From Myxococcales bacterium (GTDB lineage Bacteria > Myxococcota > Myxococcia > Myxococcales > 40CM-4-68-19), in contig DATFTN010000159.1 in NCBI GenBank assembly GCA_035261845.1, positions 192 to 64,191 on the forward strand: 64,000 nt of DNA, given 5' to 3'. Position numbers and translations under genes: made by a program. Position 1 is the stretch's first letter. The number at the start of each line of letters is the position of its first letter. Shown piece after piece: positions 22,377-34,377 of this stretch. The notes under the pieces are model-generated. The model did no database searches. It saw only the letters and a program-made list of their open reading frames with translations, and had not been told where the DNA came from.

Positions 22377-22693
22377 CTCGGCACTCGTTCGGGGTCGCGG
22401 CGGCCGCGCTCCGGCGGAACCGGATCGGGCCCGCCGGGCGCCCACGGGTGGCAACGCAACAGTCGGCGGGCGGCGAGCCAGGTGCCGCGGAACGGGCCAT
22501 GGAAGGTGATCGCTTCCACGGCGTACTGCGAGCAGCTCGGGTAGTAGCGACAAGCCGGAGGCAGGGCGGGGGAGACGAGCCGCCGGTAGATCCACAGGAG
22601 CGCGAGCAGTGGCCAGGCAAGGACACGCCCCCACTTGGGAGCGTCCCCTTCGGCGAGCGCCGCCGGCGCTCGGAAGCGTTCCACGTGGAACAT
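22373..22693 (-). CDS. yidD: membrane protein insertion efficiency factor YidD
   Basis: YYPSCSQYA motif. The ATG at 22693 lies inside a parS site. Its stop overlaps the yidC start (ATGA). Confidence 0.85.
   Translation of the reverse strand: MFHVERFRAPAALAEGDAPKWGRVLAWPLLALLWIYRRLVSPALPPACRYYPSCSQYAVEAITFHGPFRGTWLAARRLLRCHPWAPGGPDPVPPERGRRDPERVPR
22678..22691. other. parS site 3 (overlaps yidD start codon, MFHVE)
   Basis: GTTCCACGTGGAAC. The 16-mer is the reverse complement of sites 1 and 2. Confidence 0.85.
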
Positions 22694-22716
22694 GGCGGTC
22701 GCCCGGTCTGGAAGCA

Positions 22717-23118
22717 TCACGGCGTGCCCTCGCGCTCAGCTCCGATCCGGCTGGAGGCGCGGCGCAGCCAGGAGCGCAGCTCGGCGACCGTGGCCCGGGT
22801 GGCCGAGGAGCGGGCGACCAACACCAGGTCGACCGCGGGCAACGAGCGCAGCTCGTGGCGGATCGCCTCTCGCAGCCGGCGCTTGACCCGGTTCCGGACC
22901 ACCGCATGTCCCACTTTGGACGACACCGCGATTCCAACCCGCGCGACCGAGCGGCTCATTCCCGCGGAAGCGGGTCCGCCGGTCTGCGGGATCCAGCTGG
23001 CGGCGAGCGGACCCTCGGCAAACCGGCGCCCTCGTTCCTTGAGCACGTCGTAGTCGCTGCGCCGCAGCAGGCGCGCCGACTTGGGGAAGGAAAACGTGCG
23101 GCGATCGGCGCGGGGCAT
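22717..23118 (-). CDS. rnpA: ribonuclease P protein component
   Basis: [13 protein letters not shown] motif. Positioned downstream of rpmH. Confidence 0.9.
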   Translation of the reverse strand: MPRADRRTFSFPKSARLLRRSDYDVLKERGRRFAEGPLAASWIPQTGGPASAGMSRSVARVGIAVSSKVGHAVVRNRVKRRLREAIRHELRSLPAVDLVLVARSSATRATVAELRSWLRRASSRIGAEREGTP

Positions 23119-23128
23119 CGCGGCCCGG

Positions 23129-23278
23129 CTACTTCTTCGGCGCGCTCACCACGAGCCGCTTGCGGCCCTTGGCGCGGCGGCGCTTCAGCACGGCGCGGCC
23201 CTGCCGGGTGCTCATCCGCTTGCGGAACCCGTGCTCCCGATTGCGGCGGACCTTGCTCGGTTGGTACGTGCGCTTCAC
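23129..23278 (-). CDS. rpmH: 50S ribosomal protein L34
   Basis: GTG at 23278 gives (M)[21 protein letters not shown]..., 49 aa. Confidence 0.92.
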   Translation of the reverse strand: MKRTYQPSKVRRNREHGFRKRMSTRQGRAVLKRRRAKGRKRLVVSAPKK

Positions 23279-23690
23279 GTCCACTGCCTCCACGCGGTGC
23301 GCGAAAAGCGCGGCACGTAAGCACGCCCGGCGCAGGGTGTCAAGGAAGCCGGGCGCAGCGGCGCCGTCACTCTTGCGACACGGGCGCGCGCTTCGCGTCT
23401 CGACGAGCGCAGCCGGATGACGCTCCCGCGCGTCGCTCGACCTGGCCGTCCGCAAGGCCGCGTGACGATGGTCTGGGAAGCGGAGGGCAGGTGGGGGATC
23501 CGGCGTAGATCCGACCACTTCCGGAAACGCCCTTGATCCGCTTCGGAGCACGGTGCTAGGGTCCGCGTCCGTCTCGAGAAGTTGCGTTCAGCGACGGACA
23601 TCCGAGAGGGCGACTCACGGTGCGAACGGACCCGCGGCGCGGGCCACGTAGGCACTTGTATTTCCTGAGTCTTCAACGCGGGGACTGCTG

Positions 23691-25118
<1,428 letters not shown>

Positions 25119-25126
25119 TCCCTGCC

Positions 25127-25135
25127 TGTGGAAAA
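25127..25135 (-). promoter_or_regulatory. DnaA-box-like 9-mer TTTTCCACA in the dnaA-dnaN spacer
   Basis: TGTGGAAAA on the plus strand, 9 nt after the dnaA stop. One mismatch to TTATCCACA. Confidence 0.35.
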
Positions 25136-25332
25136 CGCTCCGGAAAAGGTCTTCGCAAGCGTGTTGACCGTTCCCGGCCCGGTTGCTACACAGGCCCCTC
25201 ACACAGCGGCCCGGCCGCCGTCCCCAGGAGCTTCCTCAGCGATGTCCCGGGGCTGGCTCCGCGCCCCACAAGATCACAGGCTCTACGTCGAAGACGAGAT
25301 CCTCTAGTTCCTGATCAGAAAGGTCACACGCG

Positions 25333-26466
25333 ATGGAGCTGCAGATCGGGATCGACGAGTTCTCCCGCGCCCTGTACCGAGCCCAGGGCATCGTGGAGAA
25401 GAAGAGCACGATGCCGATCCTGGCCAGCGTGCTGCTCGAGGCAACCCAAGGGGAAGGGGGCGGACGGCTCCGAGCGTCGGCGTTCGACTTGGAGATCGGA
25501 GTGACCGGCACGCACCCTGCCGAGGTGCATCGGCCGGGAGCCGTGGCGATCAAGCACAAGGAGCTCTACGACATCGTCCGTACGCTGCCGGAGAAGACCT
25601 GCGTGCTCCGCCGCGAGGCGAACAACCGGGTGAAGATCACCAGTGGGGCGGCTGAGTTCAACATCGTCGGGCAGCCAGCGGAGGACTATCCGCCGTTTCC
25701 CAGGGCGGAGAAGGTCCAGTTCGTCGCGGTCGAGCCGCAGCAGCTCCTGGAGATGATCGAGAAGACCCAGTTCGCCATCTCGGCCGACGAGACGCGGCAC
25801 AACTTGAACGGCGTCTTCTTCGAGACGGCGCAGAGCAACGTCCGGATGGTCGCCACCGATGGGCACCGCCTCTCGTTGGTCGAACGGCCCGCGCCAGGGA
25901 ACTTCCACATGAAGAAGGGCGTGATCGTCCCCCGCAAAGGCCTCTTGGAGCTGCGCCGGCTCCTGGGCGAGGAAATCACCGGCTCCTGCGAGCTCGGGTT
26001 CACGGAGAGCTCGGGAGTCTTCCGCCGGGGCGATCTGACCATGGTGATGCGGCTCATCGACGGCGTGTTCCCCGACTACATGCAGGTCATTCCCAAGGAG
26101 GCGGACCGCACCGTGACCGTCGACCGGCCGCGCCTGCTCGACACGCTCAAGCGCATGAGCATCCTCTCCAGCGATCGCTCGACCAACGCGGTCAAGTTCG
26201 AGCTGCAGAAGGACATGCTGCGGGTGACGAGCCAGAACCCGGACCTGGGCGACGCCAAGGAGGAGATCCCGGTCGCCTACGGCGGGACGCCCATGCAGAT
26301 CGGTTTCAACGCCCGCTACCTGATGGACGTGCTCAGCGTGGTGGAGGCTCCGCAGATGAACGTCGAGCTGTGCGACGAGCTGTCTCCCGGCGTGCTCAAG
26401 CCGATCGGAGAGGCGGGTGCGCCGGCCACGCGCTACACCGCGGTGATCATGCCGATGCGGATCTGA
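25333..26466 (+). CDS. dnaN: DNA polymerase III beta sliding clamp
   Basis: 377 aa. Canonical position after dnaA. Three-domain clamp length, ending ...AVIMPMRI. Confidence 0.97.
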   Translation: MELQIGIDEFSRALYRAQGIVEKKSTMPILASVLLEATQGEGGGRLRASAFDLEIGVTGTHPAEVHRPGAVAIKHKELYDIVRTLPEKTCVLRREANNRVKITSGAAEFNIVGQPAEDYPPFPRAEKVQFVAVEPQQLLEMIEKTQFAISADETRHNLNGVFFETAQSNVRMVATDGHRLSLVERPAPGNFHMKKGVIVPRKGLLELRRLLGEEITGSCELGFTESSGVFRRGDLTMVMRLIDGVFPDYMQVIPKEADRTVTVDRPRLLDTLKRMSILSSDRSTNAVKFELQKDMLRVTSQNPDLGDAKEEIPVAYGGTPMQIGFNARYLMDVLSVVEAPQMNVELCDELSPGVLKPIGEAGAPATRYTAVIMPMRI

Positions 26467-26948
26467 TGTTCCACGTGGAACCCACCGTGCGGGCGCTGGT
26501 GCTCGGTGCGTTCCTCTCCGCGGCCGCGCTCGGCCAGACGGGTACCGGGCAGTCGCCTGCGGGCGGTTCCTCCGCGCAGGCAGGGACCGGGTCCGGCACG
26601 AGCAAGAAGACGAAGAAGGGCGGAGCGACCGCGAAGCCCGTGAAGAGGGATCCGCGGACGATTGGATTGGGACGGAGTTGCACCAAGCGCACGGAGTGCT
26701 CCTCGAAAGCGCAGATCTGCATGCGCCAGCGCGACCAGCGGGGGAAGGTCTTCGGCCGAGGCGTCTGCGCGCTGCCTTGCGCAAGCCTCGAGGCGGGGCT
26801 CACCAAGACCCGCCCGGGCTTTCCCGCCAAGGACCCGCAGACGACCGAGAGGATCCTCAAGAAACCGCCGCCGCCGCGCTGCCCTCCGCCTTACAAGTGC
26901 AGGAGCAAGGGGGGCGACATTCCGGTCGACCTGTGCGTGAGGGAGTAG
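26466..26948 (+). CDS. secreted Cys-rich hypothetical protein (160 aa, 8 Cys)
   Basis: The ATG shares one base with the dnaN TGA (TGATG). Signal peptide MFHVEPTVRALVLGAFLSAAALG, a Gly/Ser/Lys linker, then 8 Cys in the C-terminal ~100 aa. Confidence 0.55.
   Translation: MFHVEPTVRALVLGAFLSAAALGQTGTGQSPAGGSSAQAGTGSGTSKKTKKGGATAKPVKRDPRTIGLGRSCTKRTECSSKAQICMRQRDQRGKVFGRGVCALPCASLEAGLTKTRPGFPAKDPQTTERILKKPPPPRCPPPYKCRSKGGDIPVDLCVRE
26468..26481. other. parS site 4 (overlaps start of the Cys-rich ORF, MFHVE)
   Basis: GTTCCACGTGGAAC (16-mer TGTTCCACGTGGAACC), immediately after the dnaN stop. Confidence 0.85.
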
Positions 26949-26952
26949 CCTC

Positions 26953-28101
26953 CTGCGGCTCCTGCGCGTCGCGACGAACGACTTCCGCAACCTGGCCCCG
27001 CAGGCGGTGGAGCTCTCCCCGCACACCACCGTGCTGGCCGGGGCGAACGGGCAGGGGAAGACGAACTTCCTCGAGGCCTGCTACCTGCTCTGTACGTTGC
27101 GGCCGCTGCGCGCCCAAAGGCTCTCGCAGCTGGTGCGGTTCGGGGCCGCACAGGCCACGGTCTCCGGCGGGTTCGAGTTGCCCGGCGGCGTGCGGCAGGT
27201 CGACGTGGCGGTCGCCGACGGCCACCGTTCCGCCCGGGTCGACGGCAAACCGGTGCGCGACCCCGACGAGCTGTTCGGCGGCCTGGCGGTGGTCGCGTTC
27301 ACTCCCGACGACCTCGACCTGGTGAAAGGCGCCCCCGAAGGCCGGCGGCGCCTGCTCGACCGGGCGGTCCAGAATCGCCATCCCGCGCACCTGGCCGACG
27401 CGCGCGACTACTTGCGGGCGCTCCGCTCGCGGAACCAGCTGCTCCGGCAGGGAGCCACTCCCGCGCTGCACGAGGCGTTCGAGGAGCCGCTGGCGCAGCT
27501 GGGCGCGCGGCTGCGGCTCCGGCGCGAGCAACTCGTGGACGAGTTGCGCGGACACGCGGCCCGGGCGTTCGCCGAGGTGGCCCGTGGGGAGCAGCCGCTG
27601 CATCTCGCCTACCAGGCGGCGGGTCGCGACTCGGACGGCCTCGGTACCGAGGCGAGCCTGCGAGGGGAAGGGGAGCTGGCCGGACGGCTGCTCGCGGCGT
27701 TGCGGCGCCGCCTCCCCCGCGATCGCGAGCGCGGGTACACGAGCGTGGGTCCGCACGCGGACGATCTGTCGCTCTCGCTGGGAGAGCGGCCGGCGCGCCT
27801 GTTCGCCAGCCAGGGCCAGGCGCGCGCGGTGGTGCTGGCGTTCAAGATCGGCGAGATCGAAAATCTCCGGCGCCTGCAAGGCCAGGCACCGCTGCTCCTT
27901 CTGGACGACGTGTCCAGCGAGCTCGATCCGCAGCGCAACGCGCACCTGATGCGTTACCTGGGGGAGTTGCAAGGTCAGGTGGTGCTCACGACCACCGATC
28001 CGCGCCTGGTGGCGGGTGCCGCGGGCAGCGATCCGCAGGCCGCGCCGGCCGTTTTCCACGCGGTCCGTGAAGGCCGGATCGAGCGGTCGGACCGAGTCTG
28101 A
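26953..28101 (+). CDS. recF: DNA replication and repair protein RecF (probable CTG start)
   Basis: Walker A GANGQGKTNFLEA. The conserved N-terminal strand LLRLLRVATNDFRNL lies upstream of the first canonical start (GTG 27007). The frame opens after TGA at 26938-40. CTG at 26953 lies 7 nt after GAGGGAG. Confidence 0.88.
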   Translation: MRLLRVATNDFRNLAPQAVELSPHTTVLAGANGQGKTNFLEACYLLCTLRPLRAQRLSQLVRFGAAQATVSGGFELPGGVRQVDVAVADGHRSARVDGKPVRDPDELFGGLAVVAFTPDDLDLVKGAPEGRRRLLDRAVQNRHPAHLADARDYLRALRSRNQLLRQGATPALHEAFEEPLAQLGARLRLRREQLVDELRGHAARAFAEVARGEQPLHLAYQAAGRDSDGLGTEASLRGEGELAGRLLAALRRRLPRDRERGYTSVGPHADDLSLSLGERPARLFASQGQARAVVLAFKIGEIENLRRLQGQAPLLLLDDVSSELDPQRNAHLMRYLGELQGQVVLTTTDPRLVAGAAGSDPQAAPAVFHAVREGRIERSDRV

Positions 28102-28145
28102 AACTGTTGTAACTCTGAATGGTTGCGCACGTCCGTTCGCCTTGA

Positions 28146-30737
<2,592 letters not shown>

Positions 30738-30798
30738 TCGCCGCCGATAGGGCGGCGCTACGCCTTTCATGGCGCGGACGTCATGGGATGCGTTGTAG

Positions 30799-31509
30799 TC
30801 ACCTGAGTCGCGAGGGCGTCGGCGCGTCCGGGTAGACGGGCAGGAACGGGTCGAAGCCGGGCGCCGAGTGCGTTCCGGCGGTCGCCTCCACCGTGATCGG
30901 GAGCACCCGGTGCAAGGACAGCGCGGAGAACCACGCGCGTTGCTCGTCGGACGAGATGGCGACGTAGATGGTGCCCGGGAGATCGCCCGGCAGAGCCTCG
31001 AGCTGCGGACCGTGCATGCCGTGCAGGATGTGCGCGGAGAGGCCCAGTTGGTGGCCGCGATGGACGAACCCCGCGCCGGGCAACCCGGAGAGCGCGCCCT
31101 GGATCAGCGCGGCGTCGGGTGCGTAGCGGCCGGTCAAGACGTATCCGGCGTCCAGGGCGGCCGAAGCGGCTCGGAGGCCGGCGATCAGACGCGGCGCCGG
31201 GTCGGCGGGGGCCCGGATGTCGCCCGAGCCGGCGCGCAACGCGAGGGCGAGCCCGACGAGCAGCAGCAGCGCGAAGTGGTGCCCTCGGCGGAGCTTTCCG
31301 CCGCGGGCCACATGGACCAGAACGCCCGAGGTGAATGCCGCGAGCACGACCATCAGCGACGCGGCGGCCCCGCCGAGGGGCACCTCCCATGGACGGACGG
31401 GGCGGGCAAGGCCCAAGCCGTACAGCCAGAGAAAGGCGGGCCGGGCGAGGAGGGCGGCGCCGAGCGCAGCAAGCACCGCATAGAGGCCGATGGCGGCGAC
31501 CCGGGTCAT
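30799..31509 (-). CDS. hypothetical membrane protein
   Basis: Three N-terminal hydrophobic helices followed by a soluble domain. ATG at 31509. The ORF track uses TTG at 31527. Confidence 0.5.
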   Translation of the reverse strand: MTRVAAIGLYAVLAALGAALLARPAFLWLYGLGLARPVRPWEVPLGGAAASLMVVLAAFTSGVLVHVARGGKLRRGHHFALLLLVGLALALRAGSGDIRAPADPAPRLIAGLRAASAALDAGYVLTGRYAPDAALIQGALSGLPGAGFVHRGHQLGLSAHILHGMHGPQLEALPGDLPGTIYVAISSDEQRAWFSALSLHRVLPITVEATAGTHSAPGFDPFLPVYPDAPTPSRLR

Positions 31510-31526
31510 GGCTGCATTCTGCCGCA

Positions 31527-32237
31527 ATGCTGCGCTACGCTCGCGACGTGCTGCTTCCGTTGCTCATGGCCGCGGTCTCTCTCTCGGGTCCTCCGGCGCC
31601 GCTCGCAGCGGCGAAGAGCGCGCCACGCGCCGCGCCGTCCCAGAGCCCCGCCCCGGCTTCGATGTTCGCCGTCGGGCCCCCCGAGCTGCTCGCGGCGCTC
31701 GGATCGCTCCGCCCCAAGGTGGGCTCTTGGGCGGAATACCTCGTCCGGGCGAGCGGCGAGGAGGACGTCCGCGTGCGTCTTTCCGTGGTCCCGCCCGCCC
31801 TCGACGGAGGGCGCGCCTGGCTCGAAGTCGCCGCCCTCGGAGACCAGGACTTGCCGTTCGGCGCCCGCCTGCTGGTCGGCGGCTCGGGACGGCTCGAGCG
31901 CGCGATCGTGTACGCGCTGGGGCTGGCGCCGATCGAAGTGCCCCTGGGCGAGTTGCAGCCCGCCGAAACGAAACCGGCGCGCGATCCGGCAGTGCAGGCG
32001 ATGCGCGTGGGGAGCGCCGAAGTGACCGTCCCGGCCGGCACCTTCCATGCCGAGGAGATCCGCATCGTCGCCCGCGGCGAGACCACGCGTGTGTGGCGTG
32101 CCGACCAAGTCCCGCTCTGGGGTCTGGTCCGCGTCGAGGGACGGCGCACGGTCGTCGAGCTGACCGGCCTGGGCGAGCGCGGTGCCCGACCGATGTTCCA
32201 GGGCGATCAAGGGAAGGGCAGCGAGAGCGCGAAGTAG
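31527..32237 (+). CDS. hypothetical secreted protein
   Basis: ATG at 31527. Signal-like N-terminus MLRYARDVLLPLLMAAVSLSG. Composition is not Arg-rich. Confidence 0.5.
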   Translation: MLRYARDVLLPLLMAAVSLSGPPAPLAAAKSAPRAAPSQSPAPASMFAVGPPELLAALGSLRPKVGSWAEYLVRASGEEDVRVRLSVVPPALDGGRAWLEVAALGDQDLPFGARLLVGGSGRLERAIVYALGLAPIEVPLGELQPAETKPARDPAVQAMRVGSAEVTVPAGTFHAEEIRIVARGETTRVWRADQVPLWGLVRVEGRRTVVELTGLGERGARPMFQGDQGKGSESAK

Positions 32238-32398
32238 TCGCCGCGGACCGCAGCGTCGATGGCGCGAAGCATCCGCGGGTGCGAGCGCACGAGCCAGGCG
32301 CCCCCCACCGCCAGCGCACCGACCAGCGTGGCCAACAAGAGGGAAGTCTCGACCAGCGCCTGCCCCCGCGCCCGCCGGCGTGGCTCGGGCGGAGTCAG
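32207..32398 (-). CDS. candidate Flp/TadE-type prepilin-like small protein (63 codons, CTG start; absent from the ORF track)
   Basis: Reads (L)TPPEPRRRARG-QALVETSLLLATLVGALAVGGAWLV...LPFP*. The G-xALVE motif is shared with the two TadE-like genes upstream. GAGGG lies 6 nt before the CTG. There is no canonical start upstream in this frame. Confidence 0.3.
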   Translation of the reverse strand: MTPPEPRRRARGQALVETSLLLATLVGALAVGGAWLVRSHPRMLRAIDAAVRGDYFALSLPFP

Positions 32399-33141
32399 GG
32401 CGAGCCCTCGGTGCGGTTCACGAATACGGCGGAGCCGCCCCTTTCTTGAAGGGCCTGCAGGGCGACGGAGACGACGCTGCCGTCCCTTTCGAAGACCAGG
32501 AGCCCGGCGCCCGGCTCTCCGGTGCGTTGCTCGTAGCCCTGCGCGGAGAGCCGCAGGCGGTAGAAGTCCGCCACCTGGGCAGGAGCCAGGTTGGTCACGA
32601 ACTGGCCGCTGTGCGCCCGTGCGTTGCCGTCCTCTGAGCTGTAGCCGAGGAACGCGCGATGGTCGTCCGGCACCGGATAGGAGGTCTCCGCTTCTCGCGA
32701 GGGACGCAGAGCGATGCGCCTGGGATCCGACACGGCGAGGAGCACCAGCGTCTGTCCTGGGGATTCGCCGAGCGCCGTCACGGAGCGCTGCAGCCCGTCG
32801 GCCGGGTCGAAGGCGGAAACGTGTCCGAGCTGGAGTTCGCTCATGGCGACGGGGATGAGCCCCCGCGCGCGGAAGGCGGCCGAGTAGAAGTCGGCCACCT
32901 GGAAGGGGCGGTCGGCCGTGTAGAAGACGGACAGCTGCATTGGTTGGCCGTTCACGACCAGCGCATCGCCGACCGGGATTTGCCCGGATTCGCGGTGCGC
33001 GGGAGGCGGGCCGGGGAGCTCTTCCCGAGGCGTGCGCGCGGACTGCGCCAGCGCCGGCGCGCAGGCGCCGCCCGCCCAGGCCCCGACGAGGAGCACGGCG
33101 GCGCTGGCCAGGACGGCGATGGCGCTGCGGACGAGGAGCAT
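32395..33141 (-). CDS. secreted hypothetical protein with internal duplication (QVADFY repeats)
   Basis: Signal peptide MLLVRSAIAVLASAAVLLVGAWAGGACA. Two similar halves each carry QVADFY. Starts 4 nt after the upstream gene ends. Confidence 0.6.
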   Translation of the reverse strand: MLLVRSAIAVLASAAVLLVGAWAGGACAPALAQSARTPREELPGPPPAHRESGQIPVGDALVVNGQPMQLSVFYTADRPFQVADFYSAAFRARGLIPVAMSELQLGHVSAFDPADGLQRSVTALGESPGQTLVLLAVSDPRRIALRPSREAETSYPVPDDHRAFLGYSSEDGNARAHSGQFVTNLAPAQVADFYRLRLSAQGYEQRTGEPGAGLLVFERDGSVVSVALQALQERGGSAVFVNRTEGSP

Positions 33142-33145
33142 TCCG

Positions 33146-34375
33146 TCACCTGCAGGAAGACCGGTAGCGCCGGCGCGGGTCGTGCTCCTGGGCGGCGATG
33201 GAGCCGGCGAAGAAACGGCCGCGGCAGTTCCAGGCTTGCACGTACTGGTTCGCGGTCGAAAGGCGCGCGGGCAGGGGCAACACGCCCCTGCTCCAGACGC
33301 CGTCGATCCCTCCCGAGGCGCGCCAATACTGCGTGTTGATCGTGTGCGGCACCGTGCTTCGCGTCGCGTCCTCGCCGTCGGTGAACGCGTCGAGCCCGAC
33401 CAGCGTCTTGGGTCCTTCCGAGATGAGGTCGCCTGCTCGCTGCATGCCCTGCGGCAGGATGGTCACGGGACCGCGCTCGGCCGAGTCCATGCGGCCGGTG
33501 GAGAAGATCCCCGGGAGGTGGCCGCCGAGCAGCGCGCCGGCGACGGCGCTCGATCGGATCCGCGCCGTGACCGAGTCCAGCGCCGCGAACCAGGGCTGCC
33601 GCCGCATGCCGAAGAAGGCGACCGCTCCCATTTGCGCGGTGACTTGCTTCTCGACCTCGGGATGAGTCTGCTCCGGAGGCGCCGCGAGGTCGGTGGGCGC
33701 GCCGGCGAGTTGGAACGCGGGGGGCCTGGGCCACGCCTTCCAGGTATCGAAGACGAGCTGCAGCGGACGAAGCCCCGGCCCCGGCGACGCCAGGGCGAGC
33801 TGTGCGATCGAGGCCGGAGCGCCGAGGTCGTTTCCGGCCCGGCGGCCGGGCAGGTCGCCGCCGGCGAGCACCTTCGATCCTTCGCGGCCGGCGCGCAGCC
33901 GCGCGCGAGCCGAGGCGACTCCCCAGGTGTTGAAGCGCTCCTCGCGCATCGCCGCCTGCACTCCACCCGCCATCCAACCCGTCGCCGCGGAGAGGAACGA
34001 TCCGAGGACGCCGGGTCCGCCCCTGAACGGCGGGCGGTCCCCGGCGAGCTTCACCTCGGCGGCCGCGGTGTCGACCTCCGCGGCCCAGCGCAAGCTGGAC
34101 GATCGCGGGTACAGCAGCAGGCTCGTGCTGGCGCGCTCGATGCCGGCCGGCGAGCGCAGGTCCGCGAAGCGCCGCCGCACCTCGCGGTCGATCTCTCGGG
34201 GGGATTTCCAGGCGGCCGTCTCCCAGAGGGCGAAGCGGGCGGCCTCGGACGCCTTGAGCTTCAAGACCAGCACGTCCGTGAGCGCGATCGACCAGAAGAG
34301 GATGAGCAGCAGGCAGGGGAACAGGATGGCCGCTTCGACCAGGGCCGAGCCGCTCTGTCCGGCCAGGGTCCGCAT
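33146..34375 (-). CDS. TadE-like pseudopilin-domain protein (409 aa)
   Basis: ATG at 34375. Prepilin-like N-terminus MRTLAGQSG-SALVEAAILFPCLLLILFW. Confidence 0.7.
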   Translation of the reverse strand: MRTLAGQSGSALVEAAILFPCLLLILFWSIALTDVLVLKLKASEAARFALWETAAWKSPREIDREVRRRFADLRSPAGIERASTSLLLYPRSSSLRWAAEVDTAAAEVKLAGDRPPFRGGPGVLGSFLSAATGWMAGGVQAAMREERFNTWGVASARARLRAGREGSKVLAGGDLPGRRAGNDLGAPASIAQLALASPGPGLRPLQLVFDTWKAWPRPPAFQLAGAPTDLAAPPEQTHPEVEKQVTAQMGAVAFFGMRRQPWFAALDSVTARIRSSAVAGALLGGHLPGIFSTGRMDSAERGPVTILPQGMQRAGDLISEGPKTLVGLDAFTDGEDATRSTVPHTINTQYWRASGGIDGVWSRGVLPLPARLSTANQYVQAWNCRGRFFAGSIAAQEHDPRRRYRSSCR

Positions 34376-34377
34376 GG

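Noticed and set aside
22377-22937. Long 5' extensions proposed by the ORF track. Examples are YidC to 22937, ParB to 18867, RsmG to 20302, Mfd to 50354, PhhA to 9244 and AtpH to 14065.
   Set aside because: The extensions are Arg-rich, overlap upstream genes and precede canonical N-termini that have their own start codons and Shine-Dalgarno sequences. I used the internal starts instead.
30739-30757. Hairpin CGCCGCC-GATAG-GGCGGCG just after the gyrB stop, as a possible terminator
   Set aside because: It has only a 7-bp stem and a weak T tract (TTT at 30765-67), so it is not convincing enough to list as a feature.
31509-31527. Only 17 bp between the divergent starts of genes 30799..31509 and 31527..32237
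   Set aside because: This most likely reflects uncertainty in one or both start codons (alternative starts exist) rather than a special regulatory architecture. It cannot be resolved from sequence alone.
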